Source of the DNA: an uncultured Collinsella sp.
GTDB taxonomy: Bacteria; Actinomycetota; Coriobacteriia; Coriobacteriales; Coriobacteriaceae
DNA: 64,000 nt
Assembly: GCA_902494565.1 (NCBI GenBank)
Contig: CABUTN010000001.1
Span: 75,637 to 139,636 of the forward strand
Direction: 5' to 3'
Shown: in pieces, positions 7,749 through 17,599 of the stretch
Layout of the letters: each line of letters begins with the position of its first letter
Numbering within the stretch: position 1 is the first letter of the stretch
Notes under the pieces: generated by a model
Told to the model about the DNA's origin: nothing
Databases searched by the model: none
Seen by the model: the letters and a program-made list of their open reading frames with translations, nothing else
Position numbers and translations under genes: made by a program

Positions 7749-9524
7749 ATGGAGCAACTCATCGCCATCATCGAAAAGGGCCAGCCCTTTTTCAACGCGA
7801 TCGCCCGCAACAAGTACCTCAAGGCGATCCGCGACGGCTTTATCTCCGTCATCCCCATCATCATCTTCTCGTCCATCTTCTGCCTGGTAGCCTCGGTCCC
7901 CAACATCTGGGGTTTCTACTGGCCCGATGACATCAACAACGCCCTGTGGAAGTGCTACAACTACTCCATGGGCATCCTGGCCATCGCCTGCGCCGCCACC
8001 ACGGCCAAGCACTTCGCCGACGCTCAGAACCGCGATCTGCCCAAGAACAACCAGATCAACTTCATCTCGTGCATGTGCGCGGCCATCATCGGCTTCTTGC
8101 TCCTTTCGAGCGACACGATCGCCACGGACGCTGCCAGCGGCTTCAACACCACCTACCTTGGTTCCAAAGGCCTGCTGACCGCCTTTATCGCTGCGTTTGT
8201 GACCGGCATCATCTACAAGTTCTTCATTAAGCGCAACATCACCGTCAAGATGCCCGAGCAGGTTCCGCCCAACATCTCGCAGACCTTTAAGGACATCATC
8301 CCCTTCTCCGTCTGCATCACCGTCTTTTGGGTCTTTGACATCGCCTTCCGCGCTGCTTTTGGCTTCTGCTTTGCCCAGGGCGTCATCCAGGTGTTCCAGC
8401 CCCTGTTCACCGCTGCCGACGGCTACATCGGCCTCGCTGTGATCTACGGCGCTATGAGCCTCTTCTGGTTCGTGGGCGTCCACGGCCCCTCGATCGTCGA
8501 GCCCGCCATCGCCGCCGCCCTCGTTGCCAACATGACCGACAACCTGGCTGCGTTCCAGGCCGGCCAGCACGCTTCCGCTGTCCTGACCCAGGGTGCCCAG
8601 TACTTCGTCGTCTGCATGGGCGGCACCGGCGCCACGCTCGTCCTGGTCTTTATGTTCTGCTTCCTGGCCAAGTCTCAGGAGATGCGCGCCGTCGGTAAGG
8701 CCGCCATCGTCCCCGTCTGCTTTGCCGTCAACGAGCCGCTGCTGTTCGCCGCGCCCATCGTGCTCAACCCCGTCTTCTTTGTCCCGTTTGTCTTTGCCCC
8801 GATCGCCAACATCTGGATCCTCAAGATCTTTATCGACTTCTTGGGCATGAACGGCTTTATGTACACCCTGCCTTGGACCGTCCCCGGCCCCATCGGCACC
8901 ATCATGGGCCTGGGCTTCCAGCCGCTCGCTTTTGTGATGCTCGCCCTTATCCTGGTCGTCGACTTCGTTCTGTACTACCCGTTCTTCCGTGCCTATGACG
9001 CCCAGAAGTGCGCCGAGGAGGCCGAGATCTCCCAGGAGGAGCTCGCCGCCAAGAACGCCGAGAAGGCCGCCAAGCTCAACGATGCCTTCCAGGGCAAGGC
9101 TGACGCCAAGAGCGTTGCCGCCGGCGCTGCTGCCGAGGCCGTGAAGGCCGACTCCCCCGCCGCTTCCGCAGCACCCGCTGCCGAGACAACGACCGCCAGC
9201 GACCTCAACGGCAAGCGCGTGCTCGTGCTCTGCCAGGGCGGCGGAACCTCGGGCCTGCTCGCCAACGCGCTGGCCAAGGCCGCCAAGGAGCGCGGCATTA
9301 ACCTCGAGACCGCTGCCGAGGCCTATGGCAACCACGTGGACATGCTCCCCGACTTTGACCTGGTCGTCCTGGCCCCGCAGGCCGCAAGCTACCTGGCCGA
9401 CCTGCAGAAGGACTGTGAGCGCGTGGGCAACAAGTGCGTCGCCTGCCGTGGCAAGCAGTACATCGAGCTCTCCCAGAACGGCGACAAGTCTCTCGCCTTC
9501 GTGAGTGAGCAACTTTCGAAGTAA
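7749..9524 (+). CDS. PTS lactose/cellobiose-family EIICB (fused IIC-IIB), cassette 1
   Basis: 591 aa. IIC core, an Ala/Glu-rich linker, and a IIB motif RVLVLCQGGGTSGLLA; RBS AGGAG. Confidence 0.85.
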   Translation: MEQLIAIIEKGQPFFNAIARNKYLKAIRDGFISVIPIIIFSSIFCLVASVPNIWGFYWPDDINNALWKCYNYSMGILAIACAATTAKHFADAQNRDLPKNNQINFISCMCAAIIGFLLLSSDTIATDAASGFNTTYLGSKGLLTAFIAAFVTGIIYKFFIKRNITVKMPEQVPPNISQTFKDIIPFSVCITVFWVFDIAFRAAFGFCFAQGVIQVFQPLFTAADGYIGLAVIYGAMSLFWFVGVHGPSIVEPAIAAALVANMTDNLAAFQAGQHASAVLTQGAQYFVVCMGGTGATLVLVFMFCFLAKSQEMRAVGKAAIVPVCFAVNEPLLFAAPIVLNPVFFVPFVFAPIANIWILKIFIDFLGMNGFMYTLPWTVPGPIGTIMGLGFQPLAFVMLALILVVDFVLYYPFFRAYDAQKCAEEAEISQEELAAKNAEKAAKLNDAFQGKADAKSVAAGAAAEAVKADSPAASAAPAAETTTASDLNGKRVLVLCQGGGTSGLLANALAKAAKERGINLETAAEAYGNHVDMLPDFDLVVLAPQAASYLADLQKDCERVGNKCVACRGKQYIELSQNGDKSLAFVSEQLSK

Positions 9525-9534
9525 GTAACGCCCA

Positions 9535-9575
9535 GGGCCAGCCGACCATCCAAGACCGGCTGGCCCTTCGATTTA
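9535..9575 (+). terminator. Intra-operon stem-loop (possible partial terminator) between EIICB-1 and GH1-1
   Basis: Perfect 10-bp stem GGGCCAGCCG/CGGCTGGCCC followed by TTCGATTT. Confidence 0.4.
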
Positions 9576-9590
9576 GACGATTGGATCATC

Positions 9591-11030
9591 ATGTCCGTTA
9601 ATCCTGCTAGCGTCACCAACCCGCCCGCGCAGTTTCCCGAGGACTTTGTCTTTGGCGGCGCCACCGCTGCCTACCAGGTAGAGGGCGAGACCCGCACTCA
9701 CGGTAAGGGCAAGGTTGCCTGGGACGACTTTCTGGAGGCCCAGGGGCGCTTCTCCCCCGATCCCGCTTCGGACTTCTACAACCAGTACCCCGTCGACCTG
9801 GAGCTGTGCGAGGAGTTCGGCATCAACGGCATTCGCCTCTCCATCGCCTGGAGCCGCATCTTCCCCAACGGCACCGGCGAAATCAACCCCGAGGGCGTCC
9901 AGTTCTACCACGATCTCTTCGCCGAGTGCCACAAGCACCACGTTGAGCCGTTCGTCACGCTGCATCACTTTGACACGCCGCTTCCCCTCTTTGAGAAGGG
10001 CGACTTCCTCAACCGCGAGACCATCGACGCCTTTGTGGACTTTGCCACCTTCTGCTTTAAGGAGTACGCCGACCAGGTGACCTACTGGTTCACCTTTAAC
10101 GAGATCTGGGCCGACGCCTCCAACACCTACATCGAGGGCACCTTCCCCGGTGGCGTCAAGGCGCATCTGGCCGAGGCCTTCCAGTGCGAGCACAACATGA
10201 TGCTCGCCCACGCCAAGGCCGTGCTGGCCTTCCACAACGGCGGCTTTAAGGGCAAAATCGGCGTCATCCAGTCGCTGGAGTTTAAGTACCCGCTCAACGA
10301 GAACGACCCCGCCGACATCAAAGCCGCCAACAACGAGCACGTGCTGCAAAACCAGTTCTTGCTCGACGCCACCTTCCGCGGCGACTATGCGCCCGACACC
10401 CTCGAGTGCGCCAACCGCCTGGCTGCCGTCTCGGGTGGCACCATCGAGATCCTAGACGAGGATCTCGAGATCATGCGCGAGGCCGCGCTCTACAACGACT
10501 ACCTGGGCGTTAACAACTACCAGTGCCGCTTCTTGAAGGCTTACGACGGCGAGAACGACCTGCACCACAACGGTACGGGCGAGAAGGGCACTGGCCGCTG
10601 GCGCGTTAAGGGTATTGGCGAGCATGTGAACAAGCCTGGCATCCCCACCACCGACTGGGACTGGATCATCTATCCCGAGGGCCTGTTCGATCTGCTCGTC
10701 TACATTAAGCAGCGCTACCCCAACTACAAGCAGATTTTCATCACCGAGAACGGCATGGGCTACAAGGACCCCTACAAGGACGGTTTTGTGGACGACCAGC
10801 CGCGCATCGACTACATCGAGCAGCACCTGCGTTGGCTGCTCAAGGCCATGGAGGTGGGCGTCAACGTGGGCGGCTACTTCCTGTGGAGCCTGCAGGATCA
10901 GTTCTCCTGGACCAATGGCTACAACAAGCGTTACGGCTTCTTTTACGTTGACTTTGAAACCCAGAAGCGCACGCCCAAGGCAAGCGCCTACTGGTACAAG
11001 CACGTGGCGCAGACCCGTCGTCTGGACTAG
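9591..11030 (+). CDS. GH1 6-phospho-beta-glucosidase/galactosidase, cassette 1
   Basis: GGATAAYQVEG, TFNEI (acid/base) and ITENGMG (nucleophile) motifs; 479 aa. Confidence 0.85.
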   Translation: MSVNPASVTNPPAQFPEDFVFGGATAAYQVEGETRTHGKGKVAWDDFLEAQGRFSPDPASDFYNQYPVDLELCEEFGINGIRLSIAWSRIFPNGTGEINPEGVQFYHDLFAECHKHHVEPFVTLHHFDTPLPLFEKGDFLNRETIDAFVDFATFCFKEYADQVTYWFTFNEIWADASNTYIEGTFPGGVKAHLAEAFQCEHNMMLAHAKAVLAFHNGGFKGKIGVIQSLEFKYPLNENDPADIKAANNEHVLQNQFLLDATFRGDYAPDTLECANRLAAVSGGTIEILDEDLEIMREAALYNDYLGVNNYQCRFLKAYDGENDLHHNGTGEKGTGRWRVKGIGEHVNKPGIPTTDWDWIIYPEGLFDLLVYIKQRYPNYKQIFITENGMGYKDPYKDGFVDDQPRIDYIEQHLRWLLKAMEVGVNVGGYFLWSLQDQFSWTNGYNKRYGFFYVDFETQKRTPKASAYWYKHVAQTRRLD

Positions 11031-11076
11031 TGGCTGGCGGGGTTGCCCGCTCACACAACCTGTCCCCATTTCTCAG

Positions 11077-11125
11077 CCGGGGGCGGCACGTCACACGGCG
11101 CGCCGCCCCCGGTCTTTTTGTTTTT
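11077..11125 (+). terminator. Intrinsic terminator after GH1-1
   Basis: CCGGGGGCGGC..GCCGCCCCCGG followed by TCTTTTTGTTTTT. Confidence 0.8.
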
Positions 11126-11139
11126 GGGCTGGTCGGGAG

Positions 11140-11289
11140 CCGTTTGTCTCGATCTGTAACATCTAGCCGAGTTTTTTGGTCCTAGCTGTTACAGATTGAG
11201 ACGAACAGGATTGCTCTTTCCGAAGAATCTAAATCTGTAACACGTAGCCCGCTTTTGACCGTCTACCTGTTACAAATCGAGACAAACGG
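11140..11289. repeat. Composite palindromic (MITE/BIME-like) element, copy 1
   Basis: Two hairpin units of about 60 bp. Outer 22-bp terminal inverted repeats (TIRs) are CCGTTTGTCTCGATCTGTAACA / TGTTACAAATCGAGACAAACGG. Confidence 0.8.
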
Positions 11290-11297
11290 AGTAGGAC

Positions 11298-12326
11298 CTA
11301 ACCCCGTATGTCCCTAACAGTCGAGCGTTCGACCAGCGTACTCGGCACATGAATCGCCTCGATAGACGAGCTCTCTCCAATCGCCGCCTCAAACGCAAGC
11401 TTACCGACACCGCGCAAATCAAATCGCAGCGTCGTCAGTCGATTGTGAGGAACAAGTCCCTCGAGTGCGTCGTCGATACCAACCACGCTCACGTCGTCGG
11501 GCACGGACAGGCCCGCGTTCTCGAGCGCGGCGATAACGCCCAGCGCCATCTGGTCATTTGCCGCAAGCACGGCAGTCGGCGCCTGCGACCCGCCGGCAAG
11601 CACCTCGGCCGCAATCCGCTCGCCCATGGCGTACCCACTGTCCGCACTCCAATCGCCACGCAGCATCGGAGCGGCATCGACATGAGCACGACCCAGCGTA
11701 TCGCGCCAACCGGCCTCACGAAAACGCGAGGAAATCGAGTTTTCCGGACCCGCCACAAACCGCATATTCGAGTGACCATGTTCCAGCAGATAATTGGTCA
11801 ACAGCTCGCACGAACCATACTGGTCGGAGTCGATCGTCGTGCAGCGCGGATGCGCATACATGGACAGGATGACCGTTCGCACTCCCGGCTGGGGAACAAA
11901 CTCCTCAAAATCGGGAGCCATGCGGTTCATGTTGAGAATCATGCCGTCGACGGGTCGCTCGACCATGCGGCGCGAGGCATCGGCAAGTGCATAGGGCTTG
12001 TCGCCGCCCATCTCGATCATAGTGACGGCAAAATCGTGCTCGCGCGCCGCTTGCATGATACCCTCGAGCGTCGCCAGGTTACCGACACGTGTGATGTTGT
12101 ACATGCACAGGCCAATAGAACGATACGACCCGCCGCGCAACGCCGCTCCAGCAAAATTGGGACGAAAGCCCAGCTCTTCCATGGCGGCCAGCACACGCTT
12201 GCGCGTCTTTTCCGTCACGTTGGGCATACCGTTGACCACGCGAGACACAGTCTGGCGGCTCACGCCAGCGAGCGCCGCAACCTCTGCCGCGCTCGCCGAA
12301 CGACCATTCCTTGTCTGCTGATCCAT
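11298..12326 (-). CDS. LacI-family transcriptional regulator (cassette 2)
   Basis: HTH ASAAEVAALAGVSRQTVSRVV. Start assigned to the internal ATG (MDQQT..); the ORF extends to 12383. Confidence 0.8.
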   Translation of the reverse strand: MDQQTRNGRSASAAEVAALAGVSRQTVSRVVNGMPNVTEKTRKRVLAAMEELGFRPNFAGAALRGGSYRSIGLCMYNITRVGNLATLEGIMQAAREHDFAVTMIEMGGDKPYALADASRRMVERPVDGMILNMNRMAPDFEEFVPQPGVRTVILSMYAHPRCTTIDSDQYGSCELLTNYLLEHGHSNMRFVAGPENSISSRFREAGWRDTLGRAHVDAAPMLRGDWSADSGYAMGERIAAEVLAGGSQAPTAVLAANDQMALGVIAALENAGLSVPDDVSVVGIDDALEGLVPHNRLTTLRFDLRGVGKLAFEAAIGESSSIEAIHVPSTLVERSTVRDIRG

Positions 12327-12517
12327 GCCTTCCACGCTAACCTGCTTCCCAACTATTCCCCGCGCCCATGGCGCATCGTACATACATTGATAACGTGCTC
12401 ATGATACCCGAGCCATATACCACAACATGAAAACTTCTGTCAATCAAAACCGCTTACCGAACAAATACAACCGTTCGCGGCTGTTTGAAGTTGTTTTGTT
12501 TCTATACATCCCAGCCG

Positions 12518-12535
12518 GATGTTAACGTGCTCATT
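12518..12535. promoter_or_regulatory. Candidate LacI-type operator GATGTTAACGTGCTCATT
   Basis: Same architecture as the cassette 1 and 3 sites. Related AACGTGCTCAT copies lie at 12386-12403 and 12541-12557. Confidence 0.45.
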
Positions 12536-12670
12536 GTCAAATATTCACGTGCTCATTTTGGTTCTAATCATTTTAAGATAGTGTTTATCGGGCTTTTTCA
12601 CCGCTGAACGCTAACCAGGGAGCCTCCTGAGCGCAAACGCACAATATCGAACAGCGAGACGAGAGGGTGT

Positions 12671-14119
12671 ATGCATATGTCTTTGCTAAACCGCGTACAG
12701 CAGCTGCCGAAGGGCTTTGTTTGGGGCGCCGCAACCGCCGCGTACCAAACGGAAGGTTCCACGAAGGTGGCAGGCAAGGGTAAGACCATGTGGGACGATT
12801 ACCTTGTCGCCCAGGGTCGCTTTTTGCCCGACCCGGCCAGTGATTTCTACAACCGCTACGAGGAGGATATCCGCCTTTCTGCCGAGCATGGACTCAACGC
12901 CATTCGTGTGTCCATCGCCTGGACCCGCATCTTCCCCAACGGCGACGATGCCGAACCCCTCGCCGAGGGCGTTAAGCACTACCACGAGCTGTTCGCCTGC
13001 TGCAAAAAGTATGGCGTCGAGCCCTATGTGTCCCTGCATCACTTTGACTCCCCCGCCGCCCTGTTCAACCAGGGCGACTGGCTCAACCGCAAGACCGTCG
13101 ACGCCTATGTGCGCTATGCCGAGTTCTGCTTCCGCGAGTTCCGCGAGGTCAAGAATTGGTTCACCATCAACGAGCTCATCAGCCTCTCGCACTCCCAATA
13201 CATCCAAGGCAACTTCCCGCCCAACCATCACTTTGATGTGACGAGCGGCATCCAGAGCCAGCACAACGAGCTCGTTGCCCACGCCCGCGCCGTCAACCTG
13301 TATAAGGATCTTGACGAGACCGAGCACCTGGGCGGACGCATTGGCATGGTCAACGTCCTGACGCCGGCATATCCTGCCACCGACTCGCCCGCCGACCAGC
13401 ACGCCGCCGACCTGTACAACGCCTTCTACACCGACTTCATCATGGACGGCGCCTTCCTGGGTCACTACTCCGCGCGCACCCTCTCACTCATCAACGAGAT
13501 TCTGCGTGCCAACAACGCCACACTTACGGTTGAGGACAGCGACATGGAGGAGCTCGCCAAGGCGGCGCCCCGCAACGATATGTTCGGCCTCAACTACTAT
13601 CAGTCGGCGTTTATCGCCGCCTACGATGGCGAGTCAACCAACAGCTTTAACGGCACCGGAGACAAGGGCACCTCGTGCTTTAAGTTTAAGGGCGTCGGGC
13701 AGCAGGTCGATATGCCGGGTATCCCCACCACCGACTGGGATTGGCTCATCTACCCGCAAGGCCTCTACGACACGCTCAAGCACATCAGCGCCACCTATCC
13801 CAACCTCCCCGTCATCTATATCACCGAAAACGGCCTGGGCCACAAGGACCCCGAGCCCGACGCAAACGGCATCGTCGCCGATCCCGAGCGCATCGACTTT
13901 GTCGACCAGCACATGGAGAAGGTGCTCCAGGCGCGCGCCGGGGGCGTCGACGTCCAGGGCTACTTTATCTGGAGCCTGCAGGACCAGTTCTCGTGGGCCA
14001 ATGGCTATAACAAGCGCTACGGCCTGTTCTACATCGACTTCGACACGCAAAAACGCTACATCAAGCAGTCGGCACTCTGGTACAAGGAGCTCGCCGACAC
14101 TATGGCGGACGCGCAGTAG
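12671..14119 (+). CDS. GH1 6-phospho-beta-glucosidase/galactosidase, cassette 2
   Basis: GAATAAYQTEG, TINEL and ITENGLG motifs; 482 aa. Confidence 0.85.
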   Translation: MHMSLLNRVQQLPKGFVWGAATAAYQTEGSTKVAGKGKTMWDDYLVAQGRFLPDPASDFYNRYEEDIRLSAEHGLNAIRVSIAWTRIFPNGDDAEPLAEGVKHYHELFACCKKYGVEPYVSLHHFDSPAALFNQGDWLNRKTVDAYVRYAEFCFREFREVKNWFTINELISLSHSQYIQGNFPPNHHFDVTSGIQSQHNELVAHARAVNLYKDLDETEHLGGRIGMVNVLTPAYPATDSPADQHAADLYNAFYTDFIMDGAFLGHYSARTLSLINEILRANNATLTVEDSDMEELAKAAPRNDMFGLNYYQSAFIAAYDGESTNSFNGTGDKGTSCFKFKGVGQQVDMPGIPTTDWDWLIYPQGLYDTLKHISATYPNLPVIYITENGLGHKDPEPDANGIVADPERIDFVDQHMEKVLQARAGGVDVQGYFIWSLQDQFSWANGYNKRYGLFYIDFDTQKRYIKQSALWYKELADTMADAQ

Positions 14120-14295
14120 CGCATCGCCTCGCTTTCCCCCGAGAAGGGAGCGGCCCTATGCGATACAAACCCAGCCGCTCCCCTCTCTCCCCCTGGGACC
14201 GGCCCCGCCTGCACCCGGGCTTTTAGCAAGCGGGAGACCATATAGGTTTTCAACGTCCATGCCATTAAGATTTCATGCAAAGAGGAGCGTGAACT

Positions 14296-16056
14296 ATGGA
14301 ATCGATCGTTAAGTTCTTGGAGAAAGGTCAGCCGTACTTCGACAAGGTCTCTAAGAACATCTACCTTCAGGCCATTAAAGACGGCTTTTTGGCAGCAATG
14401 CCCATTATCCTGTCTTCTTCTGTCTTCCTGCTTATTTCGACCCTGCCGGGCGTTGTCGCCACGGTCGGCGGCTTTACGCTGCCCGACTGGTGGAACGTCG
14501 ACGTCGTGAACTTCTGCAACAAGGTTTACAACTTCACGATGGGCGTCGTGGGCATCATGGTCGCCGGCACCACCGCAAGCGCGCTGACCGGCTCCAAGAA
14601 CCGCCGCATGCCTGCCGGCAAGGCCATCAACGCCACGAGCACCATGGTCGCCGCCATGTGCGCTATGCTCATCTTGGCCGTTACCCAGACGAGTGCCAAG
14701 ATCGACGGCGCCGATGTCTCGGTGTTCTTTACCGACAACATGGGCACCAAGGGCCTGCTGAGCTCCTTTGTCGCCGCATTTGCCACGGTCAACATCTATG
14801 CCTTCTGCATTAAGCGAGACATCACCATCAAGCTGCCCAAAGAAGTCCCCGGCGCCATTGCCCAGAACTTCCGCGACATCTTCGCCTTCAGCTTCTCCAT
14901 CCTGTTTGTCGCCGTCATCGACGTTATCTGCCGCACCTGCTTGGCCGTCCCGTTTGCCAACGTCATCTCCACGCTGGTGAGCCCGCTGTTCGCCGCTGCC
15001 GATTCCTACGCCGGCCTCGCCCTCATCTGGTTCATGATCCCGCTGTTCTGGTTCATGGGCATCCACGGCCCCTCGGTCGTTAAGCCTGCCCTCAACGCCG
15101 CGCTGTTTGGCAACATCACCACCAACCTCGCCACGCTGCAGGCCGGCGGTCACCCCGCCCTCGCCCTGACCGAAAACTTCGGTAACTACATCGGCGAACT
15201 CGGCGGCACCGGCGCCACGTTCATTGTCCCGATCATCTTCCTGCTCTTTATGCGCTCCAAGCAGCTCAAGGCCGTCGGCAAAGCCTCTGTCGTGCCCGTG
15301 ATGTTCGCCGTCAACGAGCCGCTGCTGTTCGCCGCGCCCATCATCCTCAACCCGTACTTCCTGATCCCGTTCCTGTTTGCCCCCGTGGCCAACGTCCTCA
15401 TTGGTAAGTTCTTCATCGACTTTTTGGGCATGAACGGCTTTATCTATGCCATGCCGTGGGCACTCCCCGGACCGATCGGCACCTTCATCGACACCAACTT
15501 CCAGCCGATCTCTCTGGTCCTGGTTGTCGTCCTGCTGGTCGTTGACTTCTTGATCTACTACCCGTTCTGCAAGGCCTACGACAACGTCCTGTGCAAGCAG
15601 GAGGCCGAGACCCTGGCCGAAGAAGAGGCCGAGGAGACCAAGGCCGTCAAGACCGCTGCCGCCCCCGCCGTTGAGGCTCCTGTTGTCGAGACCGCTTCTG
15701 CCACTGAGGCCTCCGCAGCTCCGTCCGCCCTTAAGGGCAAGGATCTGAGGGTTCTGGTTCTGTGCGCTGGCGCCGGCACCTCTGCACTGCTCGCCAACGC
15801 GCTTAAGGAAGGCGCCGACGAGCTGGGCATCGACATTACCGCCAACGCCGGTGCCTACGGCAGCCACTACGCCATCATGGACCAGTACAACGTCATCGTC
15901 CTGGCTCCGCAGGTTCGCACCTATTACAACGAGATGAAGGCCGACACCGACCGCCTGGGCATCACGCTGCTGTCGCCCAAGGGCAAACAGTACATCGACC
16001 TCACTAAGGATCCCAAGGGTGCCGTCGCCTGGATCGAGGAAAACCTCGAGGCATAA
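14296..16056 (+). CDS. PTS lactose/cellobiose-family EIICB, cassette 2
   Basis: 586 aa; IIB motif RVLVLCAGAGTSALLA; RBS AGAGGAG. Confidence 0.85.
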   Translation: MESIVKFLEKGQPYFDKVSKNIYLQAIKDGFLAAMPIILSSSVFLLISTLPGVVATVGGFTLPDWWNVDVVNFCNKVYNFTMGVVGIMVAGTTASALTGSKNRRMPAGKAINATSTMVAAMCAMLILAVTQTSAKIDGADVSVFFTDNMGTKGLLSSFVAAFATVNIYAFCIKRDITIKLPKEVPGAIAQNFRDIFAFSFSILFVAVIDVICRTCLAVPFANVISTLVSPLFAAADSYAGLALIWFMIPLFWFMGIHGPSVVKPALNAALFGNITTNLATLQAGGHPALALTENFGNYIGELGGTGATFIVPIIFLLFMRSKQLKAVGKASVVPVMFAVNEPLLFAAPIILNPYFLIPFLFAPVANVLIGKFFIDFLGMNGFIYAMPWALPGPIGTFIDTNFQPISLVLVVVLLVVDFLIYYPFCKAYDNVLCKQEAETLAEEEAEETKAVKTAAAPAVEAPVVETASATEASAAPSALKGKDLRVLVLCAGAGTSALLANALKEGADELGIDITANAGAYGSHYAIMDQYNVIVLAPQVRTYYNEMKADTDRLGITLLSPKGKQYIDLTKDPKGAVAWIEENLEA

Positions 16057-16090
16057 GACGCTGACACCACCTGCCGCTTGCAGACAATAA

Positions 16091-16131
16091 ATGGCCCGTG
16101 CATCGATGTGTGATGCGCGGGCCATTTTGTT
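16091..16131 (+). terminator. Intrinsic terminator after EIICB-2
   Basis: ATGGCCCG..CGGGCCAT followed by TTTGTTT. Confidence 0.7.
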
Positions 16132-16150
16132 TAGACCGCACCCGTCCTCC

Positions 16151-16297
16151 TGTTCATCTCAATCTGTAACATCTAGCCGAGTTTTTCGGTCCTAGCTGTT
16201 ACAGATCGAGATGAACGCACAGGCCAAGCCGAAAATCTCAATCTGTAACATGTAGACCACTTTTGACCGTCTAGTTGTTACAGATCGAGACAAACGG
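16151..16297. repeat. Composite palindromic (MITE/BIME-like) element, copy 2
   Basis: Same two-hairpin organisation and conserved loops as copy 1. The right end is TGTTACAGATCGAGACAAACGG. Confidence 0.8.
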
Positions 16298-16313
16298 AAT
16301 AGGCCGAGCACGT

Positions 16314-17315
16314 CTACGCCCGCAAGTCCTTTACGCTGGAACGCTCGACCAACACGCCCGAGACGAGCGTACGGCTTCTGGAGCTCGGAGCTTCCAGACC
16401 CGCGACGACCTCGTTGAGCGCACGGACGCCCAGCTCGCGGTGGCGAAACTTCACCGACGTCAGAATCGAGTTGGGAATCGTCTTATAGAGCTCATCGTCG
16501 AAGCCGATCACGGACACATCATTGGGCACACTGAGCCCTTTGTCACGTAGAGCCATCATCACGCCGTTTGCCATGCAGTCGTTAGCAGCGAGGACCGCCG
16601 TGCAATCGGGCTTATCGGCAAGCACAAGGCCCGCGGCATAGCCACTATCCGCATTCCAATCGCCTTGCAGAGGCTCGGGCGGCTCAATGCCACGCGCCTC
16701 GAGTGCCGCACGCCAACCTTTCATACGGCACTGGCTCGACAACGACTCTTTCTTACCAGAGACGAAGTACACGTTTTTATGCCCGTGGTTCAAGAAGTAC
16801 TCGCACGCCATGCGCGCGCCGCCCTCTTGGTCGTCACTGACGGTGGAGCAGGTAGGATGTTCCATCGGTGTGATAATCACCGTCTTGAGGTCTTTCGGTG
16901 CCTCAAAAGTATCAAAGTCATCGACCATCTGACGCAGGTTGAAGATCATGCCATCAACAGGCAGCTGCGACATCCTACGCGCCGCTTCGGCAAGGGTCAT
17001 CTTCTCCCCCGCCCGCTTTTTGATCATCGTGAGCGCAAAGCCGCGTTCTTCGGCGGCATCTGCGATACCGTCAATCATGTCCACGGCACCGCCCGACAAG
17101 TGGAACAGCACCACGCCAATGCACCCGTAACGGCCCAACTTGAGCGAACGCGCGGCAAAGTTGGTTCGAAACCCGAGCGCCTCCATTGCGGAATGAACCT
17201 TATCGCGTGTCGACTCTCGCACGCTATCGGGCTCGTTGATCACACGCGAAACCGTCTTGAGAGAAACACCCGCAGCAATCGCCACATCGTTCATTGAGAC
17301 ATTTTTCTTGTCCAT
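16314..17315 (-). CDS. LacI-family transcriptional regulator (cassette 3)
   Basis: HTH VSMNDVAIAAGVSLKTVSRVI. Start assigned to the internal ATG (MDKKN..); the ORF extends to 17393. Confidence 0.8.
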   Translation of the reverse strand: MDKKNVSMNDVAIAAGVSLKTVSRVINEPDSVRESTRDKVHSAMEALGFRTNFAARSLKLGRYGCIGVVLFHLSGGAVDMIDGIADAAEERGFALTMIKKRAGEKMTLAEAARRMSQLPVDGMIFNLRQMVDDFDTFEAPKDLKTVIITPMEHPTCSTVSDDQEGGARMACEYFLNHGHKNVYFVSGKKESLSSQCRMKGWRAALEARGIEPPEPLQGDWNADSGYAAGLVLADKPDCTAVLAANDCMANGVMMALRDKGLSVPNDVSVIGFDDELYKTIPNSILTSVKFRHRELGVRALNEVVAGLEAPSSRSRTLVSGVLVERSSVKDLRA

Positions 17316-17477
17316 CGTTGCCACTACTTCTCCAGTCGGTTTTGCATCGCTTGCTTTTTGCGTTCTAGCATACACTACCTGCCCGACTGACAAATCAACC
17401 GTTTACCGGACAATATCGACCGCTCACCCGTATATCCTTGTTGCTCTTCCAAAAATGTCTTACGTTGTCATTAACGA

Positions 17478-17495
17478 AATGACAACGTTGTCATT
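17478..17495. promoter_or_regulatory. Candidate LacI-type operator AATGACAACGTTGTCATT (perfect 18-bp palindrome)
   Basis: Perfect palindrome about 105 bp upstream of EIICB-3, with an extra half-site ACGTTGTCATT at 17462-17472. Confidence 0.6.
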
Positions 17496-17599
17496 TCGCA
17501 ATGCCTTCCTTAAGCAGGAAGGTTTCCGGGCAGTCCTGACCATCCATCGACGACCAGTTCCATCCACATGCATCGCGCATCAAGTAGCAAAGGAGCTCT

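Noticed and set aside
7680-9512. 610-aa ORF on the minus strand opposite EIICB-1. Similar long antisense ORFs occur at 14056-16125 and 17510-19504.
   Set aside because: The translations are low-complexity Gly/Asp/Ala/Val/Glu-rich strings, typical of the antisense frame of high-G+C coding DNA. The plus-strand ORFs have clear PTS EIICB features and good RBS sites.
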